Made by a program: the position numbers and the translations under genes. Shown here piece after piece: positions 8,271 through 16,509 of a stretch of 64,000 nucleotides of DNA. The notes beneath the pieces were generated by a model. That model was given only the letters and a program-made list of their open reading frames with translations. It made no database searches and was not told the DNA's origin. The stretch is from a virus. Lineage: Duplodnaviria; Caudoviricetes. The stretch's first letter is position 1, and every line of letters starts with the position of its first letter. The stretch lies in the IMG/VR virus record IMGVR_UViG_3300023172_000022, positions 1 to 64,000 of that record. One strand, 5' to 3'.

Positions 8271-11200
8271 TTATCTCTCCGTTAACAACCAACCTTGAGT
8301 TGAGTTGTAATAAACCAACCCAAAGGCAGCCCTATCCGTATCTATAATTAAGTTGTCTGCAACCCCTTGAATATTACTTCCATTTCTTGCAATAGTAATA
8401 TTATTTGTAGACGCATTTCCTGTAGCATCAATTATTCTAATTTCATCTCCCATAGATGGTGACACTGGAAGAGTCACAGTCACGGCACCACCACTACAAT
8501 CAACAAAGAGTTTATCTCCAACACTTGCTGTGTGGTTTGTTGTTTCCTGCCAAGATGGTGTTGTAGATGAACCAGATTCGCCTGATACATTTACCCATTG
8601 TGTTCCATAATAGACGAGTAAAACCGCATATCTACTATCAAACCACATATCACCTTCTGTTGGTGTGGTTGGTGCAGTATCAGATACAGTTACTGAAGAT
8701 CCGCCGCCTCCACCACCGCCATTTGATGTAGCTCCAATAAGATTTACCCATTGCTCAGATGTTCCGTCATTATATCTAAAATATAGTGTTCCGTCTGTAG
8801 AATCAAACCACATACTGTTTTCAACTGGATTGGTTGGTGCAGTATCAGATGCGGTGATTGGAGATGTTGCTCCAGAAGGATTGGATTGAATCCACTGAGA
8901 AGATGTCCCATCATTAAAATACACATACATTTTTGTGTTTGATGAATTAAACCATAAGTCGCCTTCAGATGGAGAAGTTGGTGCCGTATCTGAAACTGAA
9001 ACTGAGGCTCCACCTCCGCCGCCGGATTGTGCAACCCACGCATAATCAGTGCCATTCCATGAAAGTACCTGATTAGATGTTGCGGTTGATGTATTGAGGT
9101 GAGTATCTACATCTGCGTCTACAAAACCATCTGTAATTCCATATCCTGCTAATGTTGTTGGGGTTCCAGTTATCGAACTCCAAGAAAAATCTTGAGCAAC
9201 AATTTGACTATCATTTGCAAGTTCTATCCAACTACCGCTATGGGCATAATATGCTTTGCCTGTACCATGCACATGTGCAAACATACCATGATATGAAGTA
9301 GCAGAAGGAAGATCTCCAGTTGTAGCATACATGTTAGAGAATAAAACTTTATTAGTTCCTAAATCTAAATCTTGTCCTTCTACATGAGCTCTAACTCTTG
9401 CATCTGTATAGTAAAGATTGGTAGTGCCTTCTGTTAAATTGTCTGTATCTTTTGTTGCAAATCGTATGTCGAAATATGAATTAATTTCATTACCAAGATT
9501 AATAAATCCAAAATTACTATTTCCAGCATCATATAATAAAACATCTCCATTTGCTGGTGTATCAACTGCATCTACATCTGATAAGTCTTGTATACTTGCA
9601 AGATTAATACGAGAGTCTGCATATGTGGTTACTTCAGTTGCAAAATCGACTGGTAGAAATTCACTACCATCATACAGAAGGAAATCTCCAGTCGCAATTC
9701 CAGTTGTATTTACATCATTCAATACTCCAATATTTGCAGCAGCAACTCTAGCGTCCGCCCTAGCGTCCGTATAGTAAAGATTGGTGCCTTCTGAAAGATT
9801 AGTAGTAGATTTTGTTGTCAACCAAGAATCGGCAGTTGTATTAAAATCAGCAGTTGCAAGTTTAGTTCCAATCAAATTGGTAATTGTAGTCGCAAAATTT
9901 GGATCGTCACCAAGTGCTGCGGCAAGTTCATTGAGAGTATCTAATGTTGTTGGTGCTGTATCTACTAGATTTGAAATTGCAGTATCTACATAACTTTCCG
10001 TTGCGAAAGTGTTGTTTGCTCCACCAGCAGTTGGTGTTACTAAAAGAGAACCAGAAGATTCTGTGAGAGTAATTCCACCAAGAATAATACTATTTCCACT
10101 TAGATACAAATCTCTAAATTTATGAGTTGAACTACCCAAGTCATAAGTTACATCTGTATCTGGAATGATACTACCAGAAACATTTGATAGATAATTTTGT
10201 ACAGAGGTATTTAATGATGCAGTAGTTGCTTGATTGTTTGAATCACCAATAAAGATGTTACCGTCATTTAGATTGGGTACAGCGTTTATACGTCCTGCAC
10301 CCATAATAACGCCGCCGCCGTTGGATGCATGAACTTTTGTGATACGGCCCAAGTTTTGTAATAGATTACTTTCACCAACTGGAGGAGTATTTGTGTAACC
10401 ACCACCGACTGCAACATAAATTATGTCTCCTTCGTTGAACGCACTTGTATCAACTCCAGAAATTTTACCCATATGGATAACAAATCCAGTAGCACCTGAT
10501 ACTAAATCTTGTTCTAAAACACCAACCGCTGGCATTGTAGCTGAACTACTTGCATCAGCTGGTGCAATTGTCATTGCATTGCCACTTGTTCCTGTTTGAT
10601 AAACAGGTGTGCCTTTAAGAATAGTTGACCCAGTTTGGTTTGTTACTTCAGTATGAATTGTGTCTAAATTTTCAAACGATAACGTACCGCTACCATCTGT
10701 CATAATAACTTGGCGATTTGTACCATCTGCAACTGGCAGACTATAACCATCTGCACTAATATTAGTAATATTAAATCCACCAGAATTTAAGTTGCCGCCT
10801 AATGTGGGGGTTGTATCTTCTACAACTTCATTTATACTAACAGCCTGAACCCTAGCATCTGTATAGTAATAATTGAATATTCCTTCGTCAATGTCATCCG
10901 TATTTAGTGTTACTTGCCCAGAATAACCATTGACATAAGTTACAAAAACTGTACCGCCAACAACCGCACTATCGACATATGCTTTACTCGCCGCGTCAGT
11001 CCCTGCTGTAGGCAGACTGAGGCCTTTGACAGAAGATGTATGTATCTCTACAAATTTTGCTGTGGCACTACCTATATCGTATGTATCAGTAGTTGTAGGT
11101 AAAATATCAGAAGAAAATATACTAGACCCAGACGCATTATCTACATAATCTTTATTTACAATGTCGGTTGGATTTGTCGGTGTTCCTGTAATAGTACCAG

Positions 11201-11573
11201 TATTAACTATTATATTATTTGCATATATGTCATCAATATTTTTTGATGCAGAACCAATATTAATTCCATTATTGTTTGCTGGAATAATATCTTGTGTGAG
11301 AGAGGACATATCTACACTTGTAGATTGTACTATTGGTTCTTTCATTGATGCAATTGATCTTGCAAGTTGCGACAATTCATCTACGGATGCATTTGAGACC
11401 AATGCATTAACTCTGGTATTCAGAGCTATTTCCATAGATGTATTTTCTGTATGATCGAGAACTTCGGCAGATCTAGCAAGTTTTACTAGTTCATCAGCGT
11501 TTGCAGATGCGGTTTCAGTGATTAATTTAGATATCAACGCCGCTATAGACGTATTTAAATTTGAATCTGCCAA
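8271..11573 (-). CDS. Long modular tail-fibre protein (1100 aa, TTG start)
   Basis: GAGGA-7nt-TTG start. Contains LDTLNELAAALGDDPNFATT, three EG..N.YYTDAR repeats, three SDTAPT..WF modules, YHGMFAHVH and a gp34/gp9-like C-terminal domain (TVTLP.SP..GD.I.IID...NNITIARNG). Confidence 0.85.
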   Translation of the reverse strand: MADSNLNTSIAALISKLITETASANADELVKLARSAEVLDHTENTSMEIALNTRVNALVSNASVDELSQLARSIASMKEPIVQSTSVDMSSLTQDIIPANNNGINIGSASKNIDDIYANNIIVNTGTITGTPTNPTDIVNKDYVDNASGSSIFSSDILPTTTDTYDIGSATAKFVEIHTSSVKGLSLPTAGTDAASKAYVDSAVVGGTVFVTYVNGYSGQVTLNTDDIDEGIFNYYYTDARVQAVSINEVVEDTTPTLGGNLNSGGFNITNISADGYSLPVADGTNRQVIMTDGSGTLSFENLDTIHTEVTNQTGSTILKGTPVYQTGTSGNAMTIAPADASSSATMPAVGVLEQDLVSGATGFVIHMGKISGVDTSAFNEGDIIYVAVGGGYTNTPPVGESNLLQNLGRITKVHASNGGGVIMGAGRINAVPNLNDGNIFIGDSNNQATTASLNTSVQNYLSNVSGSIIPDTDVTYDLGSSTHKFRDLYLSGNSIILGGITLTESSGSLLVTPTAGGANNTFATESYVDTAISNLVDTAPTTLDTLNELAAALGDDPNFATTITNLIGTKLATADFNTTADSWLTTKSTTNLSEGTNLYYTDARADARVAAANIGVLNDVNTTGIATGDFLLYDGSEFLPVDFATEVTTYADSRINLASIQDLSDVDAVDTPANGDVLLYDAGNSNFGFINLGNEINSYFDIRFATKDTDNLTEGTTNLYYTDARVRAHVEGQDLDLGTNKVLFSNMYATTGDLPSATSYHGMFAHVHGTGKAYYAHSGSWIELANDSQIVAQDFSWSSITGTPTTLAGYGITDGFVDADVDTHLNTSTATSNQVLSWNGTDYAWVAQSGGGGGASVSVSDTAPTSPSEGDLWFNSSNTKMYVYFNDGTSSQWIQSNPSGATSPITASDTAPTNPVENSMWFDSTDGTLYFRYNDGTSEQWVNLIGATSNGGGGGGGSSVTVSDTAPTTPTEGDMWFDSRYAVLLVYYGTQWVNVSGESGSSTTPSWQETTNHTASVGDKLFVDCSGGAVTVTLPVSPSMGDEIRIIDATGNASTNNITIARNGSNIQGVADNLIIDTDRAAFGLVYYNSTQGWLLTER

Positions 11574-11597
11574 GTCATTATCCTCAAATCTTTTGAC

Positions 11598-11605
11598 TAT
11601 TTATC
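11598..11605 (-). promoter_or_regulatory. Late promoter variant GATAAATA
   Basis: Intergenic, 25 nt upstream of the 11573 start; one mismatch to the T4 TATAAATA consensus. Confidence 0.5.
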
Positions 11606-11608
11606 TTT

Positions 11609-12583
11609 TTAATTATATAAGGAATTTACAACTTCTATATTTTTGAGTTTGTGCAAATTACTTGTGGCAACCACATACTCATAATTCAAATCATAATTTT
11701 TGTATTGGACAATATCTATAAGAGTTCTAGAAAAAACATAGTCTTTAAAAATAAATTTACTTCCGATAGTTTTAGGAACAACTAATTTGTCTGTTTCGTC
11801 AATAAAGATTATTGAATTTTCTATTTTTGAAATGGCACTTGGAAGCTTTTTATTTGCTTTATAAACTTTTCTTTCTGTATTGGATACAATATTATATTCA
11901 TTATTGTCTATCCAATAAAGAATATTATCTTCATCTATAGTAGACTCGTAACTTACATTATAAAATTGTTTCTTTGACAAATTCAACAATAAACTAAAAG
12001 AAAATATTCCCGTTCTAATACTGTCTACTACCATAATTGAAAATTCATCTGAGGATACCTTTCCAATTTCTAATCTTTTCAATTTATTTCCAGTACTAAG
12101 TTTTAATACTTTATCAAAACCATTTCTTACAATATAAAAAAATTTATCAAACAAATAAAAATAAAATTCATTATCATTTATTTTTATAGATTTTGTAGAA
12201 ATTAAAATATCATCATCAATTTTATATGATTTGATTCTTTCATTTTTATAATCTAAAAGGCCCAAGTTTCCATTGTATATCATGGGAATATAACTTTGAT
12301 AATGATTTGATATATCATTGTTCTTATTTGATTTCATTATAAAATTATCAGATATATTGTCATATAAAGTAAAACTTTTATTCTTATAGTAACAAAATTT
12401 CATACCATCATTACTATAAGAATAGATATAACCGTTATCATATTTAATAGGAAATGTTGTTACATTTTTTTCTAGAAATACTTCATTCTTTAAAAAATAT
12501 TTTTTATAATTTTGGCCAGACTTTGGATCTCGCTCAAAACTAGAATAAACAATATTTCCTGTATCTACATTTAACTCCAACAT
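11609..12583 (-). CDS. AT-rich orphan protein (about 324 aa; start re-called to MLELNVDTG)
   Basis: ATG 12581-12583 overlaps the upstream TAA. Rich in N/K/I/Y/F; no family recognised. Confidence 0.6.
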   Translation of the reverse strand: MLELNVDTGNIVYSSFERDPKSGQNYKKYFLKNEVFLEKNVTTFPIKYDNGYIYSYSNDGMKFCYYKNKSFTLYDNISDNFIMKSNKNNDISNHYQSYIPMIYNGNLGLLDYKNERIKSYKIDDDILISTKSIKINDNEFYFYLFDKFFYIVRNGFDKVLKLSTGNKLKRLEIGKVSSDEFSIMVVDSIRTGIFSFSLLLNLSKKQFYNVSYESTIDEDNILYWIDNNEYNIVSNTERKVYKANKKLPSAISKIENSIIFIDETDKLVVPKTIGSKFIFKDYVFSRTLIDIVQYKNYDLNYEYVVATSNLHKLKNIEVVNSLYN

Positions 12584-13170
12584 TAGAAAGTTCCAAACTC
12601 TTTCCAATCACTACCATTATAATAATATATTGTATTTGTATCGGTGGTTGTTGCAAAATCACCAAACGAACCAGTTGGTAAATTTGATTGAGTAGAAACG
12701 ACTGTTGTTGTAACATTCGAAGGTATTGTAATTTCCCCCTTGTATTTGTTGTCTGTAGAATCGTATACAAGAAAATCATTCGTTGATAAGGTGGCATGAT
12801 CTATGTCTCTAAAATCGGAAAATTCTAATGTATCCCAAGACATATTAGTTCCGTTCGTAGTTAAAAATTTATCAGTTTGACCATCCTGTTCTGGTAATTC
12901 TTTTCCAGTCGTGGTATCTGGTGTTACAATATCCAACATTTTTGCTACTGCGTTAGATAGGTCGGAAACCTCATCAACAGTTGATGCGCTTGCCAATAAT
13001 GTACTGACTCTAGAATTTAGTAAGCTTTCTAGGTTGATATTTTCTGTCTGTTTTATACTTTTAATCATTCTAGCAAATACTAAAAGATCGGCAGTAGTAG
13101 CCGATGGAATATCAGATGTTAATTGATTTATTATGGTTTGTATATTACCATCAAACAAACTATCTGCCAT
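12583..13170 (-). CDS. Short fibre protein, helical-N-domain paralogue family
   Basis: N-terminal MADS...TEN..LE..LN.RV domain shared with 8271-11573, 13172-13735 and 13746-14933. Contains LPEQDGQTDKFLTTNG..W and a terminal YYYNGSDW module. Confidence 0.75.
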   Translation of the reverse strand: MADSLFDGNIQTIINQLTSDIPSATTADLLVFARMIKSIKQTENINLESLLNSRVSTLLASASTVDEVSDLSNAVAKMLDIVTPDTTTGKELPEQDGQTDKFLTTNGTNMSWDTLEFSDFRDIDHATLSTNDFLVYDSTDNKYKGEITIPSNVTTTVVSTQSNLPTGSFGDFATTTDTNTIYYYNGSDWKEFGTF

Positions 13171-13171
13171 T

Positions 13172-13735
13172 TTATGCTCCTATACCCTGCCAGGCACTGC
13201 CATCCCAATAATGTATTTTTGAAGATTCGTTACTATAATATAAGTCTCCAGTTGTATTACCCGTAGTTGGCAAGTCTGCATCAAGAGTTACAGTTTTTAT
13301 TGCCAAATCACTTGGTTTAAATTTTGTTCCGTCATGTAATAAAATTTGATCATTTTGTGGAGACGTATCGTCTATTTCTAATACATTTTTAGTAATCAAA
13401 CCATTCCAATCATCATTAGAACCGTCAGTTGACAAAAATGTTCCATCGGAACCATTTTGTGATGGAATGATTTCCCCTTGCGTAATCGTTATCGATTTAC
13501 TCATCATCAAAGAAACAGTGCGTCCTAATTTAGATAAATCGGATGTGGTGGCATTGACCGCAAGAGTCCCAACCCTAGTGTTAATTGCCTGCTCTAAGGT
13601 TGTATTTTCTTCTTCACCAATATATGTTCCCGTTCTGGAAATTTTATATAATTCATCTACAGATGCATTGGTGACTAAAGACAAAATTCTTGTGAGAATT
13701 GCACTTTGAGATGTTGATAAATTTGCGTCTGTCAT
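13172..13735 (-). CDS. Short fibre protein, helical-N-domain paralogue family
   Basis: Same architecture as 12583-13170 (NASVDEL, EENTTLEQAINTRV, IPSQNG..FLSTDG, HYWDGSAW). Confidence 0.75.
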   Translation of the reverse strand: MTDANLSTSQSAILTRILSLVTNASVDELYKISRTGTYIGEEENTTLEQAINTRVGTLAVNATTSDLSKLGRTVSLMMSKSITITQGEIIPSQNGSDGTFLSTDGSNDDWNGLITKNVLEIDDTSPQNDQILLHDGTKFKPSDLAIKTVTLDADLPTTGNTTGDLYYSNESSKIHYWDGSAWQGIGA

Positions 13736-13745
13736 TTATTATTTC

Positions 13746-14933
13746 CTATTCTATGGGCGGCGATGTAAAGCTTGTGGTATATCTTGCAACATTACTAATT
13801 CTAAAATGTTTTATGTATGCAGAATCGATACCATTATTTTGGGTTTCATGTCCATATAATTTTACTCTACTAATATTGGGTGTTCCTGCATTTGTACTGA
13901 AAGAGGCAACCTGATTGCCATTGTGATATACTTTAGCGTTCATTGAAGATTGATACACAATTGCGTGATGAACCCACTGACCAGTTGCATTTGCTGTCGA
14001 AGCAGTTATATTTGTATTTGTTGTTCCCCCTGCACCAGAAAATTTAATGTTGTCCGTCCTATATTCGACCATACCCGTATCAAACCAATATGCTGGAGTA
14101 CTACCAAGAGTATCAATATATCCCCAGAATTCTACTGTAAAATTTGACCCCATTGAAAATGATGAGAAGTTGTATTCGACACCACCCGAATTGATATTTT
14201 TTAATGCATTCCCTGATATACCAGTACTAGTTGCACTGACTACAGCAGTGTTTCCATTTACTTGATTAGTACCACCATTGCCATAATTTGCAATCTGTTC
14301 GTTTCTATTTGTGTCATATGACGCATACCAGATAGTATTTGCATCTATCCAATTGAAAGGAATTGATGTGGTTATTTCATTCCATGAACTTCCATCCCAA
14401 TAGTGAAAACTATCTTCTGCAATTGCATATGCAATCTTACCTGTAGTGTCTGAGACTGGCAATCCAGCAACATTTGCATAAGTTTCAAATGACTTTGTAG
14501 GAGAAACAACATTAACCAAATCACTATTTACGTCTATCGATAAAGTATCTCCAGCTGTTGGGGATGTTACGTTTACATTATTAATATCATTTAAATTTGC
14601 CTTCACCCAACTTAAAGATAAACCATTTGTTTGTAAAAGTTTATTGATATTACTTGTTTGACTTGGTAAGTCTACTCCATCAACAAAATCTGCCTCTAGC
14701 ATATTTCCTATTGCTCTTGCAATATAATTTTTTTGTGTTGTAGAAAGAGATGCTTGTAATAGTGTATTAAATCTATTTACAAATGCAGTTTCAGCTGTTG
14801 TATCTTCGGTTTTCCCAATCGCTTTAAGACATACACTAATTTCGTATAATTCTTTTGTTCCTGCCGTTGGAATTAATGTAATTGCTCTCGCTAATAGTTG
14901 ATCTATACCTGTATTAAAATTTGAATCTGGCAT
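13746..14933 (-). CDS. Fibre protein with a helical N-domain and C-terminal LamG/ConA-like domain
   Basis: Paralogous N-terminus, then NFTVEFW...WVHHAIV...FRISNVARYTTSFT. Confidence 0.8.
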   Translation of the reverse strand: MPDSNFNTGIDQLLARAITLIPTAGTKELYEISVCLKAIGKTEDTTAETAFVNRFNTLLQASLSTTQKNYIARAIGNMLEADFVDGVDLPSQTSNINKLLQTNGLSLSWVKANLNDINNVNVTSPTAGDTLSIDVNSDLVNVVSPTKSFETYANVAGLPVSDTTGKIAYAIAEDSFHYWDGSSWNEITTSIPFNWIDANTIWYASYDTNRNEQIANYGNGGTNQVNGNTAVVSATSTGISGNALKNINSGGVEYNFSSFSMGSNFTVEFWGYIDTLGSTPAYWFDTGMVEYRTDNIKFSGAGGTTNTNITASTANATGQWVHHAIVYQSSMNAKVYHNGNQVASFSTNAGTPNISRVKLYGHETQNNGIDSAYIKHFRISNVARYTTSFTSPPIE

Positions 14934-14937
14934 TCTA

Positions 14938-15918
14938 TTATCCTATCGTAACCAACAATAATTCAGCTCCCAATTCTTGGCCATTATTGAATTTAATCTG
15001 CGAATCCGTATATATTTCATATTTTGATGGAGAAACCAACATACCATTGCAATAAAGTTGTACCCACTCTCTATTTATAAAGATTTGTACTCCTGCTCTT
15101 GTTTGAAAATCATATATGAGTTTTCCCTGATTATCTACTGTAATATCTTTTGAATAAACGAGTTTTGGTCTATTTTTAAGTGTACTGTAATCATTAGTAT
15201 TTAAGTCTGGTTTATTTTGTATTTGTTTCCATTCTACTGGTAAATTATTTAAATTTGGTTTATTTAAAAGTGTATTGTAATCTATCAAACTAAACTTATC
15301 GTCAATCTTTTTTAAAATACTATCTACAAGAGCAGTTTCGCTTTTTGTTGTTGTAATTTTTATCCATTCATTTCCTGTAGAGTAATAAAGATTTCCTGTG
15401 TCTCTTGCGATTGTTACCATCCCACTATGATTGCCTGGTTCTGGAAACTTTGCAAGATTTGCATATCCAGATCTCCACTTAAAATGATCTTTAACTGTGG
15501 ATGTTTCTGTAGTAACATCAAAAGTATTAATTTCTGGAAATTTAAATACTGTCACCGTGCCATTACAAACTTTATCAAAAGTTAACTCTATTGTAGTTGT
15601 ATCTTGATATGTGACTTTATAATCAGATGATAAATCTTTATCTATATAAACAAAAAAAGTACAAGAACTTGTTTTGAAATTGTGATTGATAATCCATTTT
15701 CTTTTATTTTCGCTTTGAATATGAAAATAGGTATCTCTTTTTTCTGTAAGTTGATACCACGTTTTAATACCATCTAACTCCGTATAAACATATAATGCAC
15801 CCAATACAAGAGCCGTTTCTCCAACCTCTGGATACATAGGAAATTCTTTATAATTTGTTGCAAAAGTTAAGGTGCCCTTAATGCTTACATTAGTTAAGTT
15901 TAAAGTTCTATTTTTCAT
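14938..15918 (-). CDS. Putative fibre-associated virion protein
   Basis: WIINHNF domain also found in 16510-19482 and 19527-19946, a GNLYYSTGNEW module and Y/W..L.NKP repeats. Confidence 0.65.
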   Translation of the reverse strand: MKNRTLNLTNVSIKGTLTFATNYKEFPMYPEVGETALVLGALYVYTELDGIKTWYQLTEKRDTYFHIQSENKRKWIINHNFKTSSCTFFVYIDKDLSSDYKVTYQDTTTIELTFDKVCNGTVTVFKFPEINTFDVTTETSTVKDHFKWRSGYANLAKFPEPGNHSGMVTIARDTGNLYYSTGNEWIKITTTKSETALVDSILKKIDDKFSLIDYNTLLNKPNLNNLPVEWKQIQNKPDLNTNDYSTLKNRPKLVYSKDITVDNQGKLIYDFQTRAGVQIFINREWVQLYCNGMLVSPSKYEIYTDSQIKFNNGQELGAELLLVTIG

Positions 15919-16141
15919 TTTCCTCGTCCATGTATCTTATATCTTGTGCTGTTCCTACAAAAAATACTTTACCTTCTAAAGCTTGATTAATTATATCAAA
16001 CAATTTAAACTGATATCTCAAAAATCCAAGTTTTTCAACATTGGGAGCTTCATCATACAAATCAAAATTTTCAATATTTTTTTCTAATTTTTGTAACCAA
16101 GCGATTAATTGTGTTGCATGAATTGTTCTTCTATTTCCCAT
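15908..16141 (-). CDS. Hypothetical protein (77 aa)
   Basis: ATG ORF overlapping its neighbours by 11 nt on each side. Confidence 0.6.
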   Translation of the reverse strand: MGNRRTIHATQLIAWLQKLEKNIENFDLYDEAPNVEKLGFLRYQFKLFDIINQALEGKVFFVGTAQDIRYMDEENEK

Positions 16142-16337
16142 CTAGCATCAACTCCAATGCAGTATAATATTTTTGAACATTTTTAACTTGTTCAGAGTAT
16201 TTTTTCCTTGCATTCACATCATGAAAATTTGTCAATAAAGCATTTTGTTTTAATATTGCTATTGATTCTATCAAAACACTTTTTATTTCTTTACTACTAT
16301 TTAAAGTAGTTATATCATAATACTTCATCTCAATCAT
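16131..16337 (-). CDS. Hypothetical protein (68 aa)
   Basis: ATG ORF in the operon downstream of the late promoter at 16450. Confidence 0.6.
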   Translation of the reverse strand: MIEMKYYDITTLNSSKEIKSVLIESIAILKQNALLTNFHDVNARKKYSEQVKNVQKYYTALELMLDGK

Positions 16338-16431
16338 TTAATTCCAAAACCTTTGCCATTGATATTTCTGGCAGTTTACAAATGTAATAATAAATAGTCC
16401 AGAAAATTAAATTATAAATAAGTATTTCCAT
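16330..16431 (-). CDS. Small hydrophobic peptide, 33 aa (MEILIYNLIFWTIYYYICKLPEISMAKVLELND); not in ORF track
   Basis: AAGGAG-7nt-ATG. First ORF after the TATAAATA at 16450-16457. Its stop overlaps the start of the next gene. Confidence 0.6.
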   Translation of the reverse strand: MEILIYNLIFWTIYYYICKLPEISMAKVLELND

Positions 16432-16449
16432 AATAAAACTCCTTTCAAC

Positions 16450-16457
16450 TATTTATA
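16450..16457 (-). promoter_or_regulatory. T4-type late promoter TATAAATA
   Basis: Exact consensus, intergenic, immediately downstream of a terminator. Confidence 0.8.
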
Positions 16458-16459
16458 CT

Positions 16460-16484
16460 AAAAAAAAGAGGGCCGTGGCCCTCT
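16460..16484 (-). terminator. Rho-independent terminator
   Basis: AGAGGGCCACGGCCCTC followed by T8 on the minus strand, 25 nt after the stop of 16510-19482. Confidence 0.85.
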
Positions 16485-16509
16485 CCAAAATTTAAAATTT
16501 CATTAAAAA

